From Muribaculaceae bacterium (GTDB lineage Bacteria; Bacteroidota; Bacteroidia; Bacteroidales; G3-4614): a stretch of 64,000 nt of DNA. Shown here one piece after another: positions 1 to 10,771 of the stretch. Position 1 is the first letter of the stretch. Every line of letters begins with the position of its first letter. The stretch is taken from the NCBI GenBank assembly GCA_017546805.1, contig JAFYRT010000075.1, positions 20,104 through 84,103 of the forward strand. The letters run 5' to 3'. The notes under the pieces were generated by a model. The model made no database searches, had not been told where the DNA came from, and was given only the letters and a program-made list of their open reading frames with translations. The translations under genes were made by a program, and so were the position numbers.

Positions 1-120
1 GACACAAACCTATGCCATGTCCTAAAAAATAAAAGGCATAAGCTATAAAACAAAAAAGGCTATTGGGATAAACTCAATAGCCTATTTTGTTATGATATAA
101 ATATTATTTTAACTTTCAAC

Positions 121-151
121 AAAAAAAGAGTTCGGCGTATAACCGAACTCT
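121..151 (-). terminator. intrinsic terminator downstream of purA
   Basis: 9-bp inverted repeat agagttcgg (127-135) / ccgaactct (143-151). On the minus strand the hairpin is followed by a T-run (A-run 121-127 on plus), about 26 nt after the purA stop. Confidence 0.6.
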
Positions 152-176
152 TAATACTAATAATATGTATTGAATA

Positions 177-1439
177 TTATTTTCTAACAATTGTTTGCTC
201 TCTGTCTGGGCCAACAGATACAATCTTGATAGGTACTTCCAATTCCTCTTCCAAGAATTTGATGTAGTTTTTGAACTCAACAGGGAATTCGTCCTCAGAT
301 TGCATTTTTGTCATATCGCAATTCCATCCTGGAAGTTCTTTGTAGATTGGCTCAATATCCTCTTCAATTGAGAATGGGAATTCTGTTACAACCTCTCCGT
401 TCATTTTGTATGCAACACAAGCTTTGATTGTTTTGAATGAGTCAAGCACATCACTCTTCATCATAATCAAATCTGTTACACCATCAATCATGATTGCATA
501 TTTCAAAGCTACAAGGTCAATCCATCCGCAACGACGTTTACGTCCTGTAACAGCACCAAACTCATTACCGTTTTTGCAGATGATTTCTCCTGTTTCGTCA
601 AACAACTCAGTGGGGAATGGACCGCTACCTACGCGAGTACAATATGCTTTGAAGATACCATATACTTTACCAATTTTTGTTGGAGCAATACCCATACCTG
701 TACAAGCACCTGCACATACTGTATTTGATGAAGTTACAAAAGGATATGAACCAAAGTCAACATCCAACAATGTTCCTTGAGCACCCTCTGCCAACATGCT
801 TTTACCCTCTTTAAGAAGGTTGTTGATTACATGTTCGCTATCAATCAATTTAAACTCTTTTAGATACTCTAAAGCCTCAAAGAACTCTTGTTCTAAAGCA
901 TCGATGTTGTACTCAAAGTTCAACGATTTCAAGATTTGCTCGTGTTTAGCTTTTGCTTTAGCATATTTTTGGTCAAAGTTCTCTAATATATCTCCAACTC
1001 TTAAACCGTTACGGCTAACTTTGTCGGTATATGTAGGTCCGATACCTTTTCCTGTAGTACCAATTTTAGCATCACCTTTTGCTGCTTCGTAAGCTGCATC
1101 CAACATACGGTGAGTAGGCATGATAAGGTGTGCTTTTTTTGAAATATACAAACGCGATTTCAAATCGTGTCCGCTCTCTGCCAATGCTACTGCTTCTTGT
1201 TTAAACAAAATTGGATCCAATACTACTCCGTTTCCGATGATGTTTATTTTACCACCTTGGAAAATTCCAGAAGGGATTGAACGCAATACATATTTCTCTC
1301 CGTTAAAAACAAGAGTGTGACCGGCATTAGGTCCGCCTTGGAAGCGGGTAATTACACTATACTCGGGGGTAAGAACGTCAACTACTTTACCTTTACCTTC
1401 GTCTCCCCATTGTAATCCTAATAACACATCTACTTTCAT
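177..1439 (-). CDS. purA: adenylosuccinate synthetase
   Basis: 420-aa ORF with the N-terminal QWGDEGKGK P-loop and GGPNAGHT motif typical of AdSS; full length. Confidence 0.95.
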   Translation of the reverse strand: MKVDVLLGLQWGDEGKGKVVDVLTPEYSVITRFQGGPNAGHTLVFNGEKYVLRSIPSGIFQGGKINIIGNGVVLDPILFKQEAVALAESGHDLKSRLYISKKAHLIMPTHRMLDAAYEAAKGDAKIGTTGKGIGPTYTDKVSRNGLRVGDILENFDQKYAKAKAKHEQILKSLNFEYNIDALEQEFFEALEYLKEFKLIDSEHVINNLLKEGKSMLAEGAQGTLLDVDFGSYPFVTSSNTVCAGACTGMGIAPTKIGKVYGIFKAYCTRVGSGPFPTELFDETGEIICKNGNEFGAVTGRKRRCGWIDLVALKYAIMIDGVTDLIMMKSDVLDSFKTIKACVAYKMNGEVVTEFPFSIEEDIEPIYKELPGWNCDMTKMQSEDEFPVEFKNYIKFLEEELEVPIKIVSVGPDREQTIVRK

Positions 1440-1451
1440 ACCTGTGCTTAT

Positions 1452-1982
1452 TTACTTTTTTTTGTTATTTAATATTTTCTTTTTGTTTTCTAAATTATTC
1501 TCTTTTGCAATAAGTTTGGCTTTTAGTGTTGCTTTTCGTTTGGCATTTACACATGAACTACAAAGCCCGTATACTGCAATGGTGCTATATGATGTTAAAA
1601 ATTTACCATATTTTTTACTATTTACAGCACTAATGGTTTCGCTGTCTTTAACATCTTTAATTTTACCACATTTGGTACAAATCAGCCTTATATATACTTG
1701 AGATAATGGAACTTTCTCGAAATATTTTTTCCCTTCTATCTCATGCTCTCTTAGAATTTGAGCATCAATAAGTGCAGATAATGTATTATATACAGTCGCT
1801 CTACTGATTCTTGTACCTCTGCTCAACACCTCATTAAGTATATATTCTGCATCAAACTTCTTGGATGTTTCACTAACGACATCAAGAATAAAATATCTTT
1901 CAGGTGTTTTTCTGAGTTTGTTCTCTTCAAGGTATTGATTAAACTTAATTCTTAAGCTCTCTTTGCTCTTATCATCCGACAT
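1452..1982 (-). CDS. fur: Fur-family transcriptional regulator with Lys-rich C-terminal tail
   Basis: 176-aa ORF with a winged-helix N-terminal half and paired CxxC motifs (CTKCGK, CSSC) as in Fur/Zur/PerR. It sits immediately upstream of purA. The last ~35 aa are Lys-rich. Confidence 0.75.
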   Translation of the reverse strand: MSDDKSKESLRIKFNQYLEENKLRKTPERYFILDVVSETSKKFDAEYILNEVLSRGTRISRATVYNTLSALIDAQILREHEIEGKKYFEKVPLSQVYIRLICTKCGKIKDVKDSETISAVNSKKYGKFLTSYSTIAVYGLCSSCVNAKRKATLKAKLIAKENNLENKKKILNNKKK

Positions 1983-2157
1983 AGAATTTTATTTTGTTTT
2001 TAATCAATTATGAATTGAACATATAACCTTACAAATTTACAAACTTTTTCTTTATTATCTACCATATTAAGCGTAAAAAACTCCCTTATTCACTATTTTT
2101 TGAATAAAGGAGTTTATATATTAGAGATTTATAGTTACTCTATAGCTAAATCATCTG

Positions 2158-2712
2158 TTAGTTTTCGAATCTATCTATAATATCATTTGTAATTAAAGCT
2201 AAAAATATATTATCCGATTTTGAATATTCTAATGCTTTTGCTTTTACAGTTTCTATAGTTTCTTGACTAATTTCTGATTTGTTTATAAGCAACCTGATGA
2301 ATAATCTAAAGGCGAAATATAGATGATCCTCGTTTTCTGAGTTCACATATTCCAAACATAGCTGTTCGGCATATGGTAATTTCGAAAATAAGAACATCGA
2401 GGCTATATCTGCAACTTCCGAATATTTTATATCCTCAATCCACTCTTTTGCAATATCGATGCTCATCTCAGAGTGGGGGAATATCATTGTAGCAAGAAGT
2501 TTTGATTCTCTGATGTTTTCGTTCCAAAGCCTTATCGCAACCTCTTGGCTTGGTGAATACTTTTCAGCCAAAGTGCGCAATTGAGGAAGAGATAATCCAA
2601 AGATTATCTTATAATCCATCCCTCTGTTTCGCATACTTGTTGAAATTATTCCATTCATTCCAAGACGGAAATCGTTTTTTATGCTTTTTATTATTTCGTC
2701 GTTATTCATCAC
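2158..2712 (-). CDS. DNA alkylation repair (HEAT-like repeat) family protein
   Basis: 184-aa ORF. The segment LPQLRTLAEKY...RLWNENIRESKLLA resembles the DNA alkylation repair enzyme family (PF08713) as I remember it. Confidence 0.6.
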   Translation of the reverse strand: MMNNDEIIKSIKNDFRLGMNGIISTSMRNRGMDYKIIFGLSLPQLRTLAEKYSPSQEVAIRLWNENIRESKLLATMIFPHSEMSIDIAKEWIEDIKYSEVADIASMFLFSKLPYAEQLCLEYVNSENEDHLYFAFRLFIRLLINKSEISQETIETVKAKALEYSKSDNIFLALITNDIIDRFEN

Positions 2713-2727
2713 GATAATTCCTCTATA

Positions 2728-4773
2728 TTAATCGTTATAGGTATCCAATGCTGAGTAATCTTTTGAGTAACGCAACATTTGCTCGTCATACTCTTCGTTG
2801 TAAGTAACAGTAACGTCTGTAACCATTCCATTCTCATCCTCAACCAATGAGTATTTGGGATTGACGAATCCTTTGTAAGGAGCAAGATTTAATTTTTTGT
2901 AGCGAGCCAATACCTCTTTGTGTAGTTCAATATCAACTTTTACCGCATATTTCTCAACCAAAGCTTTACCTGCCTCGTAATCACCCTCTGATTTTATGCG
3001 TTGAACCTCAGCAAGAAGTTTTCCAAACAAGGCGCGAAGTTTGTCGTAATCGTTGATTTTTACATAGCTTTTTCCATCGATTTTCTCAATTGAAATTACG
3101 TTATCTTCAGCTCCGTTTTCCAAACACCATTTAGCAATAAGTTGACGGTTACGCATATGAGACTCTTCAATGTCATTACCCAACTCAATACGAGTTAATT
3201 GAGTCATCAAACCGTTCATTATATATGAGTAGTAGTTTGATTTGTAAGCATCTTCGTTTGGCAACAGGCCTAACTCAATGATTTTATCATCAGCCATATA
3301 GTACATTGCAAACAAATCGGCACGTGTCTCTTCTAATGTTGAAGCATATGCTTTCAAAGCATCAGAATCCACTCCTGGAAGAAGTTTTCCTGAACCGTGT
3401 CCAAGACACTCGTGAAGGTCTGTGTGTAGGTTGTCCGAAGCAAAGCCGTATTTGTTCATCAATTCGCGAGTAGGCTCATCAATAACAAACTCCTCTTTAA
3501 ATCCGTTACCCAAAGCAGCTTGATCGTATGCGTATGTGATGTTTTCGATAGTTACAGATTTTGAACCATAGTCACGACGAATCCAGTCTGCATTAGGTAG
3601 GTTTATACCAATAGGAGTGCTTGGGTAGCAATCTCCACCTAACATGGCAACAGTAATTACTTTTGCAGTAACACCTTTTACTGTCTCTTTTTTGAATCGG
3701 CTATCGATAGGAGAGTTGTCCTCGAACCATTGTGCATTTGCACTGATAGTCTCTGTGCGAGATGATGCTTCAACGTTTTTGAAGTTGATTGATGCTTCCC
3801 AACTTGCTTTCATGCCAAGAGGATCTCCGTAAACTTCAGTGAATCCGCAAATGAAATCTACATTACCTGTTAACTCTTGAACCCAAGCAACAGCGTACTC
3901 GTCAAATGTTTTAAGATCTCCTGTTTTGTTGAATTCTATTAGAAGGTCAATAACATTGCGTTGCTCGTCGTTTTCAGCAACACCTTTTGCCAATTCCAAC
4001 CAGTAAACAATGCGCTCAAGAGCTTTTGAATAGCGTCCACCTACTTTATATACCTCTTCGTAAATTTTACCGTCACGTTTAACCAAACGACTGTTTAATC
4101 CGTATGAGATTGGTTGGTTATCGTTAGGTTTACGCATTTTTGCATAAAAATCTTCCGCCTCTTTTTGAGTTACACCATCATAGTAGTTTCCTGCTGAAGT
4201 TTGAACCAAATCATATCCGGCAGCCAAGTTAATACGTTTAGGCATAACCTCTTTATCAAAGATAACAGGTGTCAATTCCGCAATTAGATTATCAACAGTT
4301 TCTCCCTCTTTTACAGGAAGTAAAGTTGGGTCTACAGCTTTAACTTGCTCTACGAAAAACTCTTGTGAGAATCCTGGAACAAATTTGTCAGCAGCATAGT
4401 GGTGGTGAATACCGTTTGAGAACCAAATGCGTTTTAGGTAAACAACAAATTCTTTGTAATCAGCACTCTCTTTGTCTCCGTTGTAATTTTGGTATACAGC
4501 CTCCAATGTGCGACGTATTGCAAGGTTGTATTTGCCATTTTGGTCGAAAAGAATATCACGTCCCTCTTGAGCAGCTTCAGTCAAATAATAGATATAAAGC
4601 TTTTGATTTAAAGACAATTCTTCAAATCCGGGGACTTGATAACGAAGAATTTGTAAGTCTGCAAATTTATCCACGTTGTAATTGAATTTAGGCTCATTCT
4701 CGGTTTTTGAGCAACTAACGAAACTCATACCGAAAAACAGAGCGGTTGTTGTGATTAAAAATAATTTTTTCAT
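2728..4773 (-). CDS. dipeptidyl-peptidase III (M49 family) lipoprotein
   Basis: 681-aa ORF with M49 zinc motifs HECLGHGSG (HExxGH) and EETRADL (EExRAE/D). Signal peptide with a lipobox-like FVSCS. Confidence 0.85.
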   Translation of the reverse strand: MKKLFLITTTALFFGMSFVSCSKTENEPKFNYNVDKFADLQILRYQVPGFEELSLNQKLYIYYLTEAAQEGRDILFDQNGKYNLAIRRTLEAVYQNYNGDKESADYKEFVVYLKRIWFSNGIHHHYAADKFVPGFSQEFFVEQVKAVDPTLLPVKEGETVDNLIAELTPVIFDKEVMPKRINLAAGYDLVQTSAGNYYDGVTQKEAEDFYAKMRKPNDNQPISYGLNSRLVKRDGKIYEEVYKVGGRYSKALERIVYWLELAKGVAENDEQRNVIDLLIEFNKTGDLKTFDEYAVAWVQELTGNVDFICGFTEVYGDPLGMKASWEASINFKNVEASSRTETISANAQWFEDNSPIDSRFKKETVKGVTAKVITVAMLGGDCYPSTPIGINLPNADWIRRDYGSKSVTIENITYAYDQAALGNGFKEEFVIDEPTRELMNKYGFASDNLHTDLHECLGHGSGKLLPGVDSDALKAYASTLEETRADLFAMYYMADDKIIELGLLPNEDAYKSNYYSYIMNGLMTQLTRIELGNDIEESHMRNRQLIAKWCLENGAEDNVISIEKIDGKSYVKINDYDKLRALFGKLLAEVQRIKSEGDYEAGKALVEKYAVKVDIELHKEVLARYKKLNLAPYKGFVNPKYSLVEDENGMVTDVTVTYNEEYDEQMLRYSKDYSALDTYND

Positions 4774-4799
4774 CTCCTATTTTATTTATTATTAATTGA

Positions 4800-5984
4800 T
4801 TATTCTACATACAAGACTAATCCTTTAAGATATTCACCTTCCGGATGATATATATTGATTGGATGGTCGGCAGGTTGAGTCAGCTGGTGTAGAATTCTGA
4901 CGTTTCTTCCTGACATTGCAGCTGCACTGAAAACTGCCAATCTGAACTGTTCTTTGGTAACAACTTGCGAACATGAGAATGTAAATAGAATTCCACCCGG
5001 TTTAATCTTCTCGAATGCCTTTGCATTTAAACGTTTGTATCCTTGAAGTGCGTTGTGAAGCGCATTTCTGTGTTTTGCAAATGCTGGAGGGTCAAGAATT
5101 ATCAAATCGTAATTATCGCCCATCTCGTCGAGATATTTGAACGCGTCCTTAACGTAAGCTTCATGTCGTTCATCGTTAGGGAAGTTCATCTCAACGTTTT
5201 TCTTTGTCAAATCTATTGCTTTGGCAGAGCTATCAACTGAGTGAACCAATTCTGCGCCACCCCTCATTGCATAAAAAGAGAAACCTCCTGTGTAGCAGAA
5301 CATATTCAAAACCTTGCGGTTTTTAGCATATTTTTCAAGCAATGCTCTGTTGTCGCGTTGATCAACAAAGAATCCTGTTTTTTGCCCTTTTAGCCAATCT
5401 ACATAAAATTTTAATCCGTTTTCAATAGCAACATTGCCTTTGTACGAACCTCTGATATAATCATTTTGAGGATCGAGTTGAGCTTTATAGGGTAGAGTAG
5501 TGTCCGATTTGTAATAAACCTCTGTTATAACACCGTCCATAACCTCCATAAGAGCATCTGCAATTACTTCGCGGGCAAAGTGCATTCCGGGAGAGTGAGC
5601 TTGCATAACAGCAGTTGAACCGTATATATCAATAATCAATCCAGGAAGGAAATCTCCCTCGCCGTGAATCAATCTAAAACAGTTGCTTTTCTCTGTTCCT
5701 GCAATTCCGTATGCTAAACGCAAATCGTATGCACTTGCCAATCTCTTTTTATAAAAATTGTAATCTATCTCAATCTCTTCAAAAGATAAAACTCTAATAG
5801 CGATACTTCCAATTTGGTAATGTCCTGTTGCTGCAAAACTTCCGTCGTTGAAATATACATCTACAACATCTCCCTCTTCAGGCTCACCAACAAATTTTGC
5901 TATTGCTCCTGAAAAAATCCAAGGGTGTCTTCTCAATAAAGAGTCCTCTTTTTTTGGCTTTAGTATTATTTTTGTCTTACTCAT
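4800..5984 (-). CDS. class I SAM-dependent rRNA methyltransferase (RlmI/RlmK-like, PUA + MTase)
   Basis: 394-aa ORF with the MTase core (CYTGGFS, ILDPPAF) and an N-terminal PUA-like region (RRHPWIFSGAI). Confidence 0.8.
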   Translation of the reverse strand: MSKTKIILKPKKEDSLLRRHPWIFSGAIAKFVGEPEEGDVVDVYFNDGSFAATGHYQIGSIAIRVLSFEEIEIDYNFYKKRLASAYDLRLAYGIAGTEKSNCFRLIHGEGDFLPGLIIDIYGSTAVMQAHSPGMHFAREVIADALMEVMDGVITEVYYKSDTTLPYKAQLDPQNDYIRGSYKGNVAIENGLKFYVDWLKGQKTGFFVDQRDNRALLEKYAKNRKVLNMFCYTGGFSFYAMRGGAELVHSVDSSAKAIDLTKKNVEMNFPNDERHEAYVKDAFKYLDEMGDNYDLIILDPPAFAKHRNALHNALQGYKRLNAKAFEKIKPGGILFTFSCSQVVTKEQFRLAVFSAAAMSGRNVRILHQLTQPADHPINIYHPEGEYLKGLVLYVE

Positions 5985-5988
5985 ATCT

Positions 5989-7311
5989 TTAGTTGAATAA
6001 TCTAATTATATCATTAGCATTTGCGTAAATAAGCAGTGCAAACAATAGGAACATACCAACCGTTTGAGCATATTCCATAAATTTAATGCTTGGTTTTCGA
6101 CGTACAATAACTTCATATAATAGGAATAGAACGTGTCCTCCGTCTAATGCAGGTATTGGCAAAATATTCATAAATGCCAAAATTACAGACAAGAATGCAG
6201 TCATATTCCAAAATCCCTCCCAATTCCAAGTAGCAGGGAATATACTTCCGATAGTTCCAAATCCACCAATGCTTGAAGCGCCCTCTTTTGTGAAGACATA
6301 TTTGAAATCACTGATATAGCCTGACAATGTTTCGAATCCTTGTTTAACTCCTACGGGAATAGCTTCAAATAGAGAGTATTTTTCAACTTTTGGCTCGTAT
6401 ACCTCTGTAATTGGTTGAAGTTGTATTCCTAACTTTTTGTCATCATTTAATTTTACCTTAACAAAGTTTGTCTTGCTATCTTTTTGGTAGCATACGGTAA
6501 CGCTATCTCCCGGATTGCAATTATCAAGAATTTTAAACAGTTGAGAAATATCTTCTGTAAGTCTGTAGTTTACAGATAAGATTTTAGAGCCTTTCTCTAA
6601 TCCGGCTTTATCTGCTCCACCTCCTGCAACTACATCAGCAATAACAGGTCTTACTCTATACGAAGCAAAGCCCTCTTGAGACGCTACCAATTTAAGCATG
6701 AAGTCTTCAGGTATTGCAATTGATGTAGGGTTGCCATGACGTAAAACTTTAACCTCTTTTGCCTCTGCAATCATTCTTAAAGTTTTTCCATCAAGAGCTT
6801 TTAAATCCTCTCCATCTGCACTTAATAATATGTCTCCATTCATAAATCCTGCATCAATGGCTGCTTGGCTGAATGTAAAACCACTTGTGACATTTTGTAC
6901 AGGAATATAGGTTTTACCCCAAGTGAACGCAATCATTATGTATATAAGCAGAGCAAGAATAAAGTTAAACAATACTCCACCTATCATTATCAAGAGACGT
7001 TGCCATGCCGGTTTTGAACGGAACTCCCAAGGTTGCTCAGGTTGTTTCATTTGCTCTTTATCCATTGATTCGTCAATCATTCCGGCTATTTTAACGTAGC
7101 CACCCAATGGTAACCAACCTATACCGTACTCTGTTTCGCTCTTTTTAGGTTTGAACTTAAACAAAGAGAACCAAGGATTAAAAAAGAGGTAAAATTTCTC
7201 AACTCTAACTTTAAAAAGTCTAGCAAATATAAAATGTCCAAATTCATGAACAATTACCAAAAGCGACAGACTCATTATAAGTTGTAGAGCTTTGATAAAA
7301 AATGTTTCCAT
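5989..7311 (-). CDS. rseP: RIP (site-2) zinc metalloprotease RseP
   Basis: 440-aa ORF with HEFGHF (HExxH) in the first TM helix, central PDZ-like regions and a C-terminal LPIPALDGG motif. Confidence 0.9.
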   Translation of the reverse strand: METFFIKALQLIMSLSLLVIVHEFGHFIFARLFKVRVEKFYLFFNPWFSLFKFKPKKSETEYGIGWLPLGGYVKIAGMIDESMDKEQMKQPEQPWEFRSKPAWQRLLIMIGGVLFNFILALLIYIMIAFTWGKTYIPVQNVTSGFTFSQAAIDAGFMNGDILLSADGEDLKALDGKTLRMIAEAKEVKVLRHGNPTSIAIPEDFMLKLVASQEGFASYRVRPVIADVVAGGGADKAGLEKGSKILSVNYRLTEDISQLFKILDNCNPGDSVTVCYQKDSKTNFVKVKLNDDKKLGIQLQPITEVYEPKVEKYSLFEAIPVGVKQGFETLSGYISDFKYVFTKEGASSIGGFGTIGSIFPATWNWEGFWNMTAFLSVILAFMNILPIPALDGGHVLFLLYEVIVRRKPSIKFMEYAQTVGMFLLFALLIYANANDIIRLFN

Positions 7312-7316
7312 AGGTA

Positions 7317-8474
7317 TTATAAATTTTTGATTAATTCTTTAGTATATATACGAGTAACTTTATCTGTTTCAACGTAGTCCTCGTATATTGGGTTTTTAAT
7401 AAAATTTCCTGCACTCATTGCCGAATAAGCAAGGTTTGGAATATCTGTAAATTTAATTCTCTCCTCTAAGAATGCCGCAACTGCAATTTCATTTGCTGCA
7501 TTCAATATACATGGCATATTTCCGCCTTTCTCTATTGCGTCATAAGCAAACTTAAGCATAGGAAAACGTTCGGTATCAGGAGTCTCAAAAGTCATGGTAG
7601 AGTAGTCTGCAAGGGTTAATCTCTTACCTCCAAAATCAACTCGCTTAGGATATGTAAATGCATAAGCAATAGGTAATTTCATATCAGGAACACCCAACTG
7701 AGCTTTAACTCCGCCATCTTCAAACTGTACCATTGAGTGTATGATTGATTGAGGATGTACTGCAACTTCAACCTGTTGAGGGGTTACACCAAACAACCAT
7801 TTTGCTTCGATCATTTCAAATCCTTTATTCATTAATGATGCAGAATCAATTGTTATTTTTGCCCCCATAACCCAATTTGGATGTTTGAGTGCATCAGCTT
7901 TGGTTACATGAGCCAATTGGTCTGCTGTATATCTTAGAAATGGACCTCCAGATGCAGTCAATATGATTTTTTCAATATTATTGAACTCTTCACCTGTTAA
8001 ACATTGAAATATTGCAGAGTGTTCTGAATCAACAGGAATTATCTCTGTTCTGTATTCAAGAGCAAGTTTTGTGATTAGCTCTCCTGCAACAACAAGAGTC
8101 TCTTTGTTTGCAAGAGCTATTTTTTTGCCTGCTTTAATGGCTTTGATTGTGGGAAGTAATCCTGAATACCCCATCATCGCTGTTAATACAATGTCAATAG
8201 GTGTTGCCTCTACAGCTTCGGCAATTGCATTGCTTCCTGCGTAAACTTTAATTGGCAAATCACTTAAAGCGTTGCTAACGGTTTCATATAAATCTTCATT
8301 TGCAATAACAACAGTATCCGGCAAAAACTTTCGAGCCTGTTCAATCAATAACTCAGCACTATTATTTGCAGTTAAAGTATGAACCTCAAACATTTCAGGA
8401 AATGTATCAATTACTTCGAGAGCCTGACGTCCTATAGAACCTGTTGAGCCTAATATTGCTATTTGTTTCTTCAT
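7317..8474 (-). CDS. dxr: 1-deoxy-D-xylulose-5-phosphate reductoisomerase
   Basis: 385-aa ORF with the N-terminal ILGSTGSIG NADPH motif and the typical ANKE, DSEHSA and HPNW motifs of Dxr. Confidence 0.95.
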   Translation of the reverse strand: MKKQIAILGSTGSIGRQALEVIDTFPEMFEVHTLTANNSAELLIEQARKFLPDTVVIANEDLYETVSNALSDLPIKVYAGSNAIAEAVEATPIDIVLTAMMGYSGLLPTIKAIKAGKKIALANKETLVVAGELITKLALEYRTEIIPVDSEHSAIFQCLTGEEFNNIEKIILTASGGPFLRYTADQLAHVTKADALKHPNWVMGAKITIDSASLMNKGFEMIEAKWLFGVTPQQVEVAVHPQSIIHSMVQFEDGGVKAQLGVPDMKLPIAYAFTYPKRVDFGGKRLTLADYSTMTFETPDTERFPMLKFAYDAIEKGGNMPCILNAANEIAVAAFLEERIKFTDIPNLAYSAMSAGNFIKNPIYEDYVETDKVTRIYTKELIKNL

Positions 8475-8668
8475 CGTATAATTAATTCATTTAATCTGTT
8501 TTTGCAACAGAATACACTAATCTGCAAATTTACAAAAAAATGATGAAAATACGAAGGCGTTTCCACTCAAATAGTGTTATAATTATAATTGTTGCATAAA
8601 GAATATAAAATATTAACTATAATTATCTTCTGTAGATACAAAAGAAGATGTGGGTATGAGATAAAGAG

Positions 8669-10750
8669 CTACTCTTTTATGAGATATGTACCATGTTCTT
8701 TTATATCAAAGTATGGTATTTTTAGAGCTTTGCACTCTTTTATTATGGATTTGCGTTTAAAATAATTCAAGTTTGAAGCTATAACTATCTCTTCAAAAAT
8801 AAACATCTCTGTTAACTTTGCCACCGAACCTGAAAAACCATTGCATACTATAGCTCTATTGATAAAGAGCCTTTCTCCTGAAGCTTTCTTTTTGTTCTTA
8901 AACTCAGAAGAGTTTAAAATTAGATATTTCTCTCCTTTGTATGCAATATATGGTAACTTAACGAAAAGATTATTATCTACAACTGAATCTGTTATAAATA
9001 TGGCATTTGGAAGCGCTTCTTTTATCCAAAACTTTTTGCCCATATATTCAATTTTTTCTTCAACACCAACTGTGTCAATAGTTAAAACATAGTTATAATT
9101 TTTATCAACAAAGTTCAGTGCGGTTATTCTGTTATCATCATATATAACAGCTTTGCATTGTTCTCTATTTTTATTGACAACGGTCTCAGTAATTATAAAT
9201 GCTGCTATGAGAATCAGTAGTATTATAAGCAACTCACTTCGCTTACTTTTCAATATCCATATTCCTCCAAATATTACAATGTATAGAAAGAGAATATAGT
9301 AGCTTTTTATGTAAATATCGTCAATATATGAGTAGGGGATTGTGTTCGATAAATTGGCTATAAAATCAATATAAGAGAATAAGCTATCTGTAATATTAAA
9401 AAATATATCCACAGAAATAATCATTGTCAATATAGCCGAAACAATCACTATAGGAAGAATCGGAATCACCAGCAAATTGGTAAATAGACCCATTAATGGG
9501 AGTTGATTAAAATAATATACACTCAAAGGTAGTGTGCCAATTTGAGCTGCTAATGTAACCGCAATGGTTGAGGATATGTATGCCGATACTTTGTTTTTAT
9601 GAGGTAAACATGAGTATATAAACGGATATATGTAAAAGATTGAAAAGACAGCTATAAAGCTTAATTGAAAACTTACATCAGATATATAATTAGGATTATA
9701 TGCAAGTATAAATAAAGCGGCTGCAAAAAGTGAATTTACAGTAGTTCCTTTGCGATTTACAACTTCTCCAACAAGAACAAAAGTTGCCATTACGGCAGCT
9801 CTGACCGCTGACGGAGGAAATCCTATGACAAAAATATATGCCCATAAGATTAGGATTGTAATTAGCGGTCTGACAAACGAAAGTTTTATTAATTTTAAAG
9901 GGAAAAGTAATAGATACAAGGCAAAGGCAATAATACCAATATGCAAACCACTGACAGCAAGGATATGAGATAAACCCGATGTAGAATAAGCATTACGCAT
10001 ATCTTTGGATAACATGGCTTTATCACCCAAAATCATTGCACTTATTAATGCTTTTGAAGTATCATTTATCTCAAAACTTTTTATGATTTTCAGTAGTTTA
10101 TTTTTAATTTCCAACGACTTCTCTTTTATAGAATTTGGACTTATATAATCTATCTTGTTCCAACCATTGCAAGGGATATATTGCGAATAATAAAATCCTT
10201 CGCGTTCTAATTTTGAGTTGTAATTAAATGACGATAAGTTGTTCGAAAAATTTATTGGTTGTAGATTTTGCTCAAAAATAATAACATCTCCCTTTATGAG
10301 ATTTTTTGACAATGAATCGGGCTGAATATAAAGCACCACATTTAAATTGTCGTTAATATCTTCAATACCACTCAGCTTTATTATTGATGCTTTACTCTCA
10401 ACCGAATGTTCTTTTACATTAACATCTTCATTGATAATAGCTATGGCATAATCTTTAATTTTCGGTATTGAGATATCTGGTTTTGAGACGATTTGAGCAT
10501 CAATTGCACCTAATGCAATAAAAAGAGAAAATATAGCATAACCAAAATAATTTCTCTTTGCAAATTTCGTCTTTGGAAGGTGTGCTTTGTAAAAACCGTA
10601 AAAGAAAAAAAATGATAATATAACGAATGACAGAGCAATATAATATCCTCCGTTAAAAACCATTTGTAATAAAATTCCTATTACAAAAGATAAAAGATAT
10701 TTAAGAAAAGGGGCTTCAGATAATTTCAGAAACCCCTCTTTATTTGCCAT
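8669..10750 (-). CDS. comEC: ComEC/Rec2-family membrane protein
   Basis: 693-aa polytopic membrane ORF. The central competence-domain-like segment (SGLSHILAVSGLHIGI) is typical of ComEC/Rec2. Confidence 0.75.
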   Translation of the reverse strand: MANKEGFLKLSEAPFLKYLLSFVIGILLQMVFNGGYYIALSFVILSFFFFYGFYKAHLPKTKFAKRNYFGYAIFSLFIALGAIDAQIVSKPDISIPKIKDYAIAIINEDVNVKEHSVESKASIIKLSGIEDINDNLNVVLYIQPDSLSKNLIKGDVIIFEQNLQPINFSNNLSSFNYNSKLEREGFYYSQYIPCNGWNKIDYISPNSIKEKSLEIKNKLLKIIKSFEINDTSKALISAMILGDKAMLSKDMRNAYSTSGLSHILAVSGLHIGIIAFALYLLLFPLKLIKLSFVRPLITILILWAYIFVIGFPPSAVRAAVMATFVLVGEVVNRKGTTVNSLFAAALFILAYNPNYISDVSFQLSFIAVFSIFYIYPFIYSCLPHKNKVSAYISSTIAVTLAAQIGTLPLSVYYFNQLPLMGLFTNLLVIPILPIVIVSAILTMIISVDIFFNITDSLFSYIDFIANLSNTIPYSYIDDIYIKSYYILFLYIVIFGGIWILKSKRSELLIILLILIAAFIITETVVNKNREQCKAVIYDDNRITALNFVDKNYNYVLTIDTVGVEEKIEYMGKKFWIKEALPNAIFITDSVVDNNLFVKLPYIAYKGEKYLILNSSEFKNKKKASGERLFINRAIVCNGFSGSVAKLTEMFIFEEIVIASNLNYFKRKSIIKECKALKIPYFDIKEHGTYLIKE

Positions 10751-10771
10751 ATTATATTAATGTTTATTTTA

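Noticed and set aside
57-83. Second hairpin aggctattg/caatagcct near the window start
   Set aside because: It is probably a terminator for either purA read-through or an off-window upstream gene. That gene is not visible, so I did not call it as a feature.
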